Shown: positions 21,340 to 31,691 of the stretch, piece by piece
Position numbering within the stretch: the stretch's first letter is position 1
How the letters are laid out: the number at the start of each line of letters is the position of its first letter
NCBI GenBank assembly: GCA_963719315.1
Contig: CAVRBU010000001.1
Location: 384,001 to 448,000, forward strand
Source of the DNA: an uncultured Planctomycetota bacterium
GTDB taxonomy: Bacteria; Planctomycetota; Planctomycetia; Pirellulales; Lacipirellulaceae
Direction: 5' to 3'
Length of the DNA: 64,000 bases
Translations under genes and position numbers: made by a program
The notes under the pieces: generated by a model
Databases searched by the model: none
What the model was told of the DNA's origin: nothing
Seen by the model: the letters and a program-made list of their open reading frames with translations, nothing else

Positions 21340-21469
21340 TGCTTTGTCACAGCTAAAAATTGGGGTTGGGCGCATCAGCCGCAGGGCGCTAGCCCCCGGT
21401 TTGTGCCGCTCCAACCGGGGGCTAGCGCCCCGCGGCTAATCCCAAAATCAAGCTGTGACAAAGCACTAG
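21336..21469. mobile_element. 134-bp MITE-like element (family B) with an internal REP-like hairpin
   Basis: Perfect 19-bp inverted ends CTAGTGCTTTGTCACAGCT / AGCTGTGACAAAGCACTAG; inner AGCCGCAGGGCGCTAGCCCCCGGTT...AACCGGGGGCTAGCGCCCCGCGGCT. Confidence 0.8.
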
Positions 21470-21502
21470 CCCGCGGCGCAGGCCAGGGAATCCCGCGCCG
21501 CC

Positions 21503-22360
21503 TCAAGGCCGCGCCAACAGCGAGTCGATCCGCGCGAATTTGTACCCGCGCTTCGCCAATTCGTCGCACAAAGCGCCGAGTCGCGGGTGAAACGGATCCT
21601 TCCGCCCCGACCCCAGGTGCATGAGCAGAATGAACCCGTTGAGTCCGTGCGGGTATTGTTTCTCATACGAAAGAATGCCGTCGTAGATCTTCTGCGACGA
21701 CACAAAATGGGCATCGCCCTCCGGCGCGTAATCGCGATTCGACCCGCTGCCGGGCGTGAAGGTAAACGACGTCACTCCCATCGCCCGCGACCACTCGACC
21801 TGATCGCGGTTGTAATACTCATACGGCGGAATGAAAAACGTCGGCTCTTCGCGGCGAAGGAGGCCGATCGTCCGCAAGTCGGAAATGTTTCTGGCAAGAT
21901 CGGTTTTGAACGCTTCTTGCGTCACGAGCGATTTGTCGTGCTCGTCCCACGCAGCGTAGAGCAAATGCTTATCGGAATGCGGTCCAACATAATGGCCTTC
22001 GACAATCGCACGCTCCAACAGCCGCCTGAGCGCCGGCTGCCGCACAAAGTTGCCGGTCACGAACAACGACGCGCGAATCTTCCGCCGGTTGAGAGTATCC
22101 AGGATCGGTTCGGTGCTTTCGCCGAATTCATCGCCGGTGAACACCAGGGCCAGCTTCTTCTCAGAGGTATTTCCCCGGACAATCGCTCCGTACTTGTCGC
22201 GAACCAGCCGATCGTTGGGTGGCGATTCGGCCCTCGCGGCTAGTAAGCAGAGCAACATCCCCGCGGCCACATACGCCAAATGCGACGCGGTGCCTGAAGC
22301 AGATATATGGCGACGCCCCAGAAACGAAGCCCTGTGCACGCTACCGCTCATAGGTGCCAA
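21503..22360 (-). CDS. Polysaccharide deacetylase (NodB/CE4) family protein
   Basis: LALVFTGD, ASLFVTG, GPHSDKH, FIPPYE, ILLMHLG; start uncertain. Confidence 0.85.
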   Translation of the reverse strand: MAPMSGSVHRASFLGRRHISASGTASHLAYVAAGMLLCLLAARAESPPNDRLVRDKYGAIVRGNTSEKKLALVFTGDEFGESTEPILDTLNRRKIRASLFVTGNFVRQPALRRLLERAIVEGHYVGPHSDKHLLYAAWDEHDKSLVTQEAFKTDLARNISDLRTIGLLRREEPTFFIPPYEYYNRDQVEWSRAMGVTSFTFTPGSGSNRDYAPEGDAHFVSSQKIYDGILSYEKQYPHGLNGFILLMHLGSGRKDPFHPRLGALCDELAKRGYKFARIDSLLARP

Positions 22361-22997
22361 TCAGCTCCGTTTCGGCCAGCACGTGTCCCTTCATCGCGTC
22401 GAGAAGTTGCTGCTTGGTGGCCGCCGGCGCCAAGTCGAGCGGCGCGTCGAGCGCATAGAGCTTAAAGTGATAGTGGTGCGTACCGCGCCCCTGCGGCGGC
22501 ATTGGACCACGATAGCCGATCGTATTTCCCTCATCGAAAAAATTCTCGCCCTGCTTGGCTACGATCGGCTCAGTTAGCTGACCGACATTCGATTTCAAAT
22601 TCTCCGGCAACGCCCGCACCTCCGGCCCGATGCCGTAGATCACCCAATGGACCCACGGATTCTTGGAACGCGCATCGGGATCGTCGCAGATCAACGCGAA
22701 TTCTCTCGTTCCCACCGGCGCGCCTTCCCAAGCGAGCGGCGGCGAAACATCGTCGCCGTCACCGGCGAATTTCCGCGGAATCGCCGCGCCCTCCTCGAAC
22801 CCCTCAGATGTGAGCTTAAACATTTTGGCACCGTCGCCTACCGCGGGTTTTGCTTCGCTGGAAGCTGTATCGCCGGGCCGCGACTTGGTCGACTGTGCGC
22901 GTTCATCGCGGCAGCCAAAAAATCCCACCAGCGCGAGGCTTAGAACGACGAATCGTGAAAATGATGTTGGGCGTCGAGTCATCGGCGTTCCAATCAT
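22341..22997 (-). CDS. YbhB/YbcL family PEBP/Raf kinase inhibitor-like lipoprotein
   Basis: SPPLAW, ALICDDPDA, WVHWVIY, GYRGPMPP..HHYHFKLYALD. Confidence 0.92.
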   Translation of the reverse strand: MIGTPMTRRPTSFSRFVVLSLALVGFFGCRDERAQSTKSRPGDTASSEAKPAVGDGAKMFKLTSEGFEEGAAIPRKFAGDGDDVSPPLAWEGAPVGTREFALICDDPDARSKNPWVHWVIYGIGPEVRALPENLKSNVGQLTEPIVAKQGENFFDEGNTIGYRGPMPPQGRGTHHYHFKLYALDAPLDLAPAATKQQLLDAMKGHVLAETELIGTYER

Positions 22998-25900
22998 TCT
23001 AGTGAACCTTTCCCGGCCCGTCGCGGTGTAAACCGATAATGATGGCCAGCGGCGACCACGCCGAATAGTGCCACAACCAGAAGCAACGCACTTGCTGGTT
23101 CTGGAACGGCGACATTCGCGCTAGCAGAGCCAGTGGCACCCACAACTGCCCCGCTACCGGCTGTCTGACCGAAATGGGCTCGCCAGACATCATAGTCGGC
23201 CTGCGTAACGGTGCCGGGCGTGGAGTCGTTGGGCAGCGTGACCGATTGGCCCAAGTTGTTCCGCCAGATCGCATAATCGGCCGCGTCGACAATGCCGTTG
23301 TTGTTATAATCACCAAGAACGGCGCCAGTGCCAATATCAACAATCAGAAATGTAGTGCCAAAGCGGCTACTATCGTCGAGCGTGGTCATTTCGAGAAGGA
23401 AGGATAAATCCAACGTGCCCACGACTCCAGTGGTGAAGTTTCCCAAGTTCAAAACGTGATCGTTGAAATAGGTGTTCGCGGCTGCAGCGGTCGCGAATAT
23501 CTGGTTTTCAACGACCACGCCCTCGCGTTTGATTGAAAAGTGAAGCGAAGTGAAACCGGGTCCGAAATTCGTCGGGTCCAGCAAGCCAACAATCAGGCTT
23601 CCGTGCGCAAGTTGATTGGGGTCGAAAGAGTAGTCGGCACTGACGCTGAGAGTAGTGGAAAGCGTCGGCGAACCCGAGAAGCTATTCAAGCCAGCCGCAG
23701 CCAGTGCCAATGGCGTATGGTTGCCACCCACGGGATTGTAGGCGGTATTGACATTGGGATTTAGAACGAGGTTATTTGCGATGTCGCTCGCCTGGGGCAA
23801 TGCGGTGGTGTTGATCCGGGAGTTGTAACTACCGGTGGAGCTGTTGAAGAGCCCCCCAATATCTCCCCAGGTCTGTGCGGACAGGTTGGGAAGGTTTGGA
23901 GCACTTGCGAAGAGCGATATCGCGCCGATGGGACCGCTCGAAGACGTGTCTGACTGTGCGGTAGCCGTGGCGGTGCGACCTGCGGCGCTGGACAAGGCCT
24001 CGGCACGGAATCCGCTGGTCGTAGTGGCATGCGCTGTTGCGTTGCCAATGCCAGCTAAGCCGGACGTACCGGCGCCGAAATTGTTGCCCTTGTTGCCGGC
24101 GGTGGCGAGAGCAATAGCAAGGACCGTGTTATTGCTGGTCAAATCGACGACGCTCGTGGCGTCGCCTCCGTTCGCCGGAATTGCCGCGCCGGCGGCGCTG
24201 CCGCCTGCGCCGCCGGTTGCGTTCAGATGGCCTTCGAGTGGGCCGCCGCCCGGATTGCTGGCCGTTAAGCTCAAATCGGCATTGCCGCCAGTACCAGCCA
24301 CGCCGCCCTGGCTCTGTCCGCCGGCGCCGGCGGTGGCGTTTTGGAACAGCCGCATTGTGCCGCTGGTCGAGCCGCTCACGGCATTGGTGATACTGCTGGG
24401 GGCGCCGTTGCCGCCATTTCCCGCAGTTGCCGAGAGTTGTCCGCCGCCGTTCCCCGCGGTTTGACCGGCGGTTATGTCGACCTGGCCGCCGCCGGTTGAG
24501 AACCCTGACGCAGTGGCAGTGGCCGTGCCGCCCAGCCCTGCACTTGCTCCCGGCGAGAAGAAAGCGCCCCCGTTGCCGGCGACAGCCGATACGCCGACGT
24601 TGACGGACTGATTCGTGTTGTTGCTCGCCGTGGCGGTGGCCGTGGCATTGCCGCCGTTGCCGCCATTGGCGCCGCCTCGCCCAGTACCTCCAGCCCCGCC
24701 CGTGGCGCCGGCCGTCGACTGTGTAGTGCCGCCCATGTTCGCCGCGCCGGAGGTAGCGTTGGCGTTGCCACCGGTGCCTGCCGCGCCGCCAGCGCCGTTC
24801 TTATCTCCGCCGGCGCCACCGGTGGCGTTCATCTCGACCGTGAGTGAGGCAAAACTTTTCGTTCGGCTCAGCGAAGCCGTCCCGGCACCGCCGTTGCCAG
24901 CCGTGCCCGCGAGCGATGGGCCACCGTTGCCGCCTTTTGCCGTCTGCTTAAATGTTACGTTACTCGTCGTCGAGGCATCACCATTGACGATGTCGATCAA
25001 ACTTGCGGCCGCACCGTTGCCGCCGTTGCCGGAACCGACCGAGACCGCGCCGCCGAGCCCGCCATTGGCCGTGGCTTGCAAACTCATCGTAAGGGCGCCG
25101 GGCGACGTGGCCACGCCGCGGAGAATGCCGACCGTCGCTAGTCCGCCGTCGGACGCGTTGTTGTTGGAGCCAAATGCGTTGATGTAGTTGCCGCCGCCAC
25201 CATTCGACAGCGCTGTGAGGTTGATGAAGTTGCCGCTCGACGTGGCGTCGATCGAGGCGAGCGACGTCGCGGCGTTGCCAGCTGAGAAGCCGTTGGCGTT
25301 TCCGCCTGCGTTCGCAGTTATGCTGACAGTCAATGCACTTTGACCGCTCTGATTGAACAACAGCGTGGAAATCGCGTTGCCGGCGATGCCACTGGCGCCG
25401 GACAATCCGGTGCCGGCGTTGCCGCCCGTCGCAATCTGCGTCAGTTGCAGCCCGCCGGTGGTCGAGCCGCTGATCGCGTCGATCGCGGAGGCGCTTGCAC
25501 CGTTGCCGCCGATCAGTCCCGACCCGCCGGCGCCGCCAACATTGGTCAGAGCCACGATCACGGTGCCGCCATTCATGGAAACGCCGCTGGCCGAGGCTGT
25601 GGCGGTCGTCCCATTGCCACCGTGCGTGCCGCTGCCGGATGCCGACGCCTGTCCACCGGCTCCGCCCTGTGCAGTGTCTGACACATTGATGGACCCGTTG
25701 CCGGTTAACGCGATGCTGCTGTTGGCCGTGGCGCCGTCGCCGGCGTTTACAGTCCCTGCATCCCCGCCAGTGCCGCCGACGGCGCGCACCGAACCGACTA
25801 GTGACGAGGCGATCAAGTCGGTCAAAGACAACGTGGAATTTGCCGTGCCGGGACTGCCGGGGAGGCCGTTGTAGGTGCCGCCGCCGTTTCCCCCGACACT

Positions 25901-26709
25901 CTCTTGGACGAGTCCTAGAGAGCCAGTCGTTGAACCGCTGACTGCGTTAACCAGCGAGGCCGCGACGCCATTGCCGCCGTTTCCGCCCGAATTACTGCCG
26001 GGGCCGCCCCAACCGCCATTCAGATAACCTTGCACACTGAGCGTGCCGCCCGCCGTGGACGTGCCGCTAACGGTTCCGAGTGAGGCAATTCCGCCGTCGC
26101 CGCCATTCATGCCCGTGCCCGCGGTTGAGCCGGGCCCGTTACCGCCGGCACCGCCCCCTCCGCCCTGGCCGCCGGTGGCCCGAGCAACGGCACTCGGAAA
26201 ACCACCTGCGGTGCTGTTGGTGATCGAAGCACTGGCGGTCGCATCGCCGCCGTTGGTCGACGCTCCGCCCGCGCCCGGTGAGCCATCGGGCGCGCCGCCG
26301 CCTTGGCCACCTTGCCCACCGGCTGCGCCATTCGCTTGCGCCGAGGCATTTGCAAAGGATCCTGCGGCCGTGGTGGTCGCCGCGGCCGTCGCATTTCCTG
26401 CCGCACCCGCTGCTCCGCCGTTGCCACCAGTGCCCCCTGGTAGTCCGCTACTGCCGCCAGTGCCCCCAAAGCCGCCTTTGCCCCCCGTCGCGTTTGCGCT
26501 GTTGGTGACATCGGCGGCAATGTTCGCAGTAGCGGTGGCATCAGTTCCTGGACCTCCTGGCCCACCATTCTGACCGGTGGGACCGCCGTTCATACCGAAA
26601 GTTCCCGGCGCACATCTGTTCCTACTTGTGTAACGTTCGCGGCTCGTCCTTCCGTGAGGAGTATTCCGAAGCTCAAAAACATCAGCAGCCAGAATATCTT
26701 CCGTTCCAT
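22994..26709 (-). CDS. Large Gly-rich (PGRS-like) surface protein with dockerin-like module and PEP-CTERM; apparent frameshift ~26612
   Basis: A signal peptide MERKIFWLLMFLSFGILLTEGRAANVTQVGTD starts at ATG 26709 in another frame and joins APGTFGMNGG; GGxGGxGG repeats; GDYNNNGIVDAADY; VPEP+TM. Confidence 0.85.
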
Positions 26710-26826
26710 AACGACACCAATCTTTCCGATGAAAAAGTGCTGGTACGCCGGACCTTAGCTGGAGGTACAACGGGCTGGGTGAAATGTCCTCTTTCCCATT
26801 GCCGTTTGCAATGACCGAAGGGTCGC

Positions 26827-26939
26827 GGTTGTGCGCGGGTCTCCCGACCCCGCACTCTTAGGACCGAAGGTCTTTTCAGCCGCATTGCCCAGGAGATCTG
26901 GGGTCGGTTCGGTGGCTCGGTCGGGAGACCGGCCACAAC
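26827..26939. repeat. Composite REP-like element, copy 1
   Basis: GGTTGTGCGCGGGTCTCCCGACCCCGCA..GACCGAAGGTCT..GGTCGGGAGACC; homologs at 31537 and 38632. Confidence 0.75.
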
Positions 26940-27292
26940 AGGGGCAGCCCGGCCACAACAGCGCTAGCCGGCGCGCATAAAAAACCGACTTGATGGAGTA
27001 TGCTACGGCATCCCACCAAGTCGGTTTACTCGTTAATGAGCCGTCCGCTACGGCGGCTGCTCGTTCATTGGTCATCGCAAATCTTCGCTTCAAATCCAGT
27101 CCGCCGGTACGCGGAAGCGTCACGCGAGCGGCAACGCACGCTTTCAGCTACCGTCACTATAGGACCCGGCCGGGAATACGCAATGAATTTTCGCGAGCCA
27201 AACGGCACGCGCAGGCGATTTTCTCGGAAAACGCCTATTCGCGTCTGGGGGAGACGTGGCTACATGCGGGCGTCCGGCTCGACACGGCGGAC

Positions 27293-29121
27293 CTACTCTT
27301 TCGCCGCTTCCTTGGTCCACGTATCGCGGAGCGTGGCAGTGCGGTTGAAGACGGGCTTCCCCGGTTTAGAATCGACGGGGTCGGTGAAGAAGTAGCCTAA
27401 TCGCTCGAATTGGAAGTGCTGGCCGGGGGCCGCGTTGGCGAGCGAGGGTTCCAGCTTTGCGTCGCGAACGATCGCTAGCGAATTCGGATTGATGTTATCG
27501 AGGAAGGAAGAGGGTCGAGAGTCGAGAGTCGAGAGTCGAGAGCCAGAAGGCGAGTTACCCTCTCCCCGACCCTCTCCTGGCGGGAGAGGGGGAGAAGAAG
27601 CGACTTTGTCGGGATATTCGGTTTTGAAGAGGTGGTCGTAGAGGCGGATTTCCGCGCTCACCGCCTGCGGCGCGGCGACCCAGTGGATCGTGCCTTTGAC
27701 TTTGCGGCCGTCGGGCGCGTTGCCGCCGCGGGTGGCCGGGTCGTACGTGCAGCGGAGCTCCGTGATCTTACCGGCCGCATCCTTCACGACTTCGTTGCAC
27801 GTAATAAAGTACGCATAACGCAGCCGCACTTCGCGGCCGGGCGCGAGCCGGAAGAATTTCTTCGGCGCATCTTCCATGAAATCGTCGGCTTCGATATACA
27901 GCTCGCGCCAAACGGCACCTGCCGCGTGCCCATCTCTGGTTTTTGCGGATGGTTTGCCGCTTCGAGTTGCTCGACTTGGCCCTCAGGATAGTTCGTGATC
28001 ACTACCTTCAGTGGCCGCAGCACGGCCATTACCCGCGGCGCCCGCTCGTTGAGATCCTCGCGGATCGCGTCTTCGAGCCAGGTCATCTCGATCGTGCTAT
28101 CGAACTTCGCCACGCCGATCCGTTCGCAGAACGCACGAATGGCCTCCGGCGTGTACCCCCGCCGGCGCAGGCCGCGAATCGTAAGCATTCGAGGGTCGTC
28201 CCACCCGGCCACGTGCTTTTCTTGCACAAGTTGCAGCAGCTTGCGCTTGCTCATCACGGTGTACGTGAGGTTCAGCCGCGCGAATTCGATCTGTTGCGGA
28301 TGATGAATTCGAAGTTCCTTGCAAAACCAATCGTACAGCGGCCGGTGGTTTTCAAACTCCAGCGTGCAGATCGAGTGCGTGATTCCCTCGATCGAATCGC
28401 TCTGGCCGTGCGTGTAATCGTAGGAGGGGTAGATGCACCAACGATCGCCCGAGCGATGATGCGACGCGTGCTTGATCCGGTACATCACGGGATCGCGCAG
28501 GTTGATGTTCGGCGACGCCATATCGATCTTTGCGCGAAGCGTGCGGGCGCCGTCCGGAAACTCGCCTTTCTCCATCCGCCCGAACAGATCGAGATTCTCC
28601 GCCACGCTGCGATCGCGATAGGGGCTATTCTTGCCTGGCTCGCTCAAGGTGCCGCGGTGCGCGCGGACTTCTTCCGCCGATAAATCACAAACGTACGCCT
28701 TGCCCTCGTTGATGAGCTGAATCGCCCAATCATAGAGCTGCTGGAAATAATCCGAGGCATAGAAGGGTTCAGGGTTCAGGGTTCGGGTTCGGGTTTCAGG
28801 ATTCTGGTTCCTATCAGAAACTGAACCCTGAACCCCAAACCCTTTGATGAGCCAGCGGACGTCGTCGATGATCGAATCGACGTATTCCTGTTCTTCCTTG
28901 GTCGGGTTCGTATCGTCGAATCGCAAATTGAACTTCCCGCCGTATTCCTGCGCGAGGCCGAAGTTCAAGCAAATGCTCTTGGCGTGGCCGATATGCAGAT
29001 ACCCATTCGGCTCCGGCGGAAACCGCGTATGCACGCGCCCCCCGTTCTTGCCGGCCGCCCGATCGGCGTCGATGATCTGTTCGATGAAGTTGCGGGAAGT
29101 TTTTTCAGAGGAGGTGCTCAC
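27293..29121 (-). CDS. glnS: Glutaminyl-tRNA synthetase; apparent frameshift ~27905; two repeat-derived in-frame insertions
   Basis: [42 protein letters not shown]. Confidence 0.96.
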
Positions 29122-29426
29122 AATGCTTCGACATCCCTTTCTACAATGAGAATCTCTTCCTGATCCAAATCCGCCCTCAGTTGTTCCCTTAGTTTGCGCA
29201 AGAACCGTTTTGATCCGCGAGAGTCGCTGGCGATTACGCGATAGATCACAATTTCATCGCGATACGTTACGTCGCCAAGTTTCCAAAATCCCTGATTGGC
29301 CTGAGGAAAGTAAGTCAAACCTCCAAATTGCTCAAGCAAAGCACTTTGCAATTGCTGAAACTTACGGCCTTCGATCGGCGCACCGTTGTTGTATCGCAAC
29401 GGGATAAAGATGTCATATTCTTTCAC
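29118..29426 (-). CDS. Hypothetical protein
   Basis: [30 protein letters not shown] overlap with the glnS start. Confidence 0.75.
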   Translation of the reverse strand: MKEYDIFIPLRYNNGAPIEGRKFQQLQSALLEQFGGLTYFPQANQGFWKLGDVTYRDEIVIYRVIASDSRGSKRFLRKLREQLRADLDQEEILIVERDVEAL

Positions 29427-29628
29427 CGATCGGGTTATCCTCAGCGAATGACAGGTTTAGAGTCGGCGCAACTTCTTGAAACGCTACTCCGGCATTTCGC
29501 AATTCATTGACGACCGCATCTTCTACAACATATGTGCGGTTTGCCAACACAGTTCCGGGAGAATGGCGCAGTAGAATTGGAAGCGCCTTTGCTTCGTCGT
29601 CGGAGGAAAACTGAAGAATTGCACTCAT
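29413..29628 (-). CDS. Small hypothetical protein
   Basis: MSAILQFSSDDEAKALPILLRHSPG...; overlaps the next gene by 14 nt. Confidence 0.6.
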   Translation of the reverse strand: MSAILQFSSDDEAKALPILLRHSPGTVLANRTYVVEDAVVNELRNAGVAFQEVAPTLNLSFAEDNPIGERI

Positions 29629-29711
29629 GTCCGTTATCACGATAAGTTTACTGACCGCGCGAATACCTAATTTATTATAGCCCGGTCTATAATCCGCTGG
29701 TAGTTCAGGCA

Positions 29712-31407
29712 CTACACCGCCACCTCCGGCTCGCCCCACTCCGCCACGAAATCCGCGTGGCACTTCGGGCACCGCACTTTCTTGCCGAGAAAGCCGCCCT
29801 TCGATTTACTTGCGTGGCCGCACTTCGGGCACACTACGCGGAATCGCCAAGCCCCATCGTCGCCGACGGCAAGCATCGTCCCGTTCGGCAAGTCTTTGAA
29901 CTCGATGTCGTCCGTCTCCAACAGCATCAATTGATCGGCAGACAACTCGCGGATGTCGGCGATGCGGTTCGCCATCCGCCGAATCGCCTGCTCGAACAAA
30001 TTGCGCACGGCTCGCCCATTGCCAAAATGCCGATCGCGCCGCCGGTGCAACTCCGCCAGCCCCAGCATCAGTTTCGCTCGCGTCCCCTCGCCCAGTTTGT
30101 AGCGGTTCTTTTCGCAGAGCAGCGCGAAGATCCGGGCCATTTCGACCGGCGCATAGTCTTCGAACTGCAGCATGCGATTAAACCGCGACGACAAGCCCGG
30201 GTTCGACTTCAATAGCGCCTGCATCTCGTCCGGATAACCAGCCAAAATAACGACCAACCGACTCCGATCGTCCTCGGCACGCTTCAACAGCGCCTGTACC
30301 GCCTCATTGCCGTACGGGTCCTGCCCATCGCGTGAGACCAGACTGTACGCCTCGTCGATGAATAGCACGCCATCCAGCGCCTCGTTGATTTTGGCTTGCG
30401 TCTTGGCGGCCGTTTGCCCCATGTAGTCGGCCACGAGGCCCGACCGATCCGTTTCGACGAGATGCCCCTTCTGCAGAATTCCCATCGCCCCAAAAATCTT
30501 ACCCAGTATTCGCGCGACCGAAGTCTTGCCGGTCCCCGGGTTGCCCGTGAACACCATGTGCAGGCTGATCTCGGTATCGCCGATGCCCGCTTCGCCGCGC
30601 CGCCGCTGCAACTTCAAATAGTTCACGAGCGTGCGGACCTCGTGTTTAATCGGCTCCAGCCCAATCAATTCGTCCAGTTCCGCAAGCGCGGCCTCGAGTG
30701 CCACCCGTACTTCAATCTTTCCGGACTTACCGTTCGCCGCTTGGTCGGTTTCAAATGCTTGCCGTGGGCCTTGCCGCGTCGCCGCGCGAACGTCCGCCGC
30801 GTCCTTCTGCATGGTCGCGATCGCCTGGTTGCTCACCGCCAGCGGCTCATTGTGCGTGGTCGGCTGGTCGATCGGCACCGGCCGCAGATGATGATGCAGC
30901 TCGTCGCGAATCGATTGAATAACGGCCGCTTCTTTATCTTTCAACGTCCCATCCGCGCGACCCACGATGTTGGCCAGCCGCATTACGATCGTTTCCAGTG
31001 CCCCGATGCGTTCGCGCAGCGGCACGATCCGATCGAACGGCCGAATGAGACTGTACCACTGCAACTTATCCGTCTGCTCCGCCGCCTTGCGGGCCGCGGC
31101 GTTGAGCTTGTCGCCAGTCAACCGCTGATTCCACAAATGCTCAAACAGCTCAACCGCCATGTCCCGCTCGGCCTGCGACCATTCCTGGTCCGCCTCGCAA
31201 ACCGTCACATAAATCTTGAGCGCAGCGCCCGGTGCAAATCATCCATGAGCTGTACGAATTCGTCGCCCGATTGCGAGATCAGGTGCGGATACTGTTGGCG
31301 CAGAGCTGCCCACTGGAAACGTACAACTCACGGCACTCATCGAGCGTTGCACGTAGGAGCGAAGGCGCATCAGAATTCTCGCGGCCCAACATCGCAGCAT
31401 TACCCAT
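29712..31407 (-). CDS. CbbX/SpoVK-type AAA+ ATPase with TerB-like N-terminus and C-terminal Zn ribbon; two apparent frameshifts (~31222, ~31297)
   Basis: HMVFTGNPGTGKT, GVLFIDEAYSL, SNPGLSSRF, FGNGRAVRN, CPKC..CPKC; manual upstream reading MGNAAMLGRENSDAPSLLRATLDECRELY. Confidence 0.85.
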
Positions 31408-31536
31408 CCAAAGAGTTACACCGCGAGCTTAACACATAAGAAGTCGAAATGGCTAGATTGGGCCCACGTGGCCGCGTCTCTCCGAGACGCGAACGAATGT
31501 CAGGCTTCAGCCAAGTTGTGCGTGAGTCTCCCGAAA

Positions 31537-31646
31537 GGTTGTGCGCGGGTCTCACGACCCCGCATCGCCAACCGACCGAAGGTCTCCACGCTGGCGGGAG
31601 ACCTACGGTCGGCGCTTTCGGCGGGGTCAGGAGACCCGCGCCGAAC
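31537..31646. repeat. Composite REP-like element, copy 2
   Basis: GGTTGTGCGCGGGTCTCACGACCCCGCA..GACCGAAGGTCTCC..GGAGACCTACGGTC..GGGTCAGGAGACCCGCGC. Confidence 0.75.
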
Positions 31647-31691
31647 TAGCCTGACACCCTCTGCGTCCCAACGGTCAGGCTAAAGTCCGAC

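Noticed and set aside
27080..27112. tRNA 3' fragment (TTCAAATCC)
   Set aside because: No T-stem pairing and no CCA end.
26755..27123. 122-aa ORF
   Set aside because: Runs through a REP-like repeat; no family signal.
27293..29121. glnS, trpE, rtcB and RND permease as true pseudogenes or programmed frameshifts
   Set aside because: Both halves are intact with no other decay and no slippery heptamers; sequencing error is more parsimonious.
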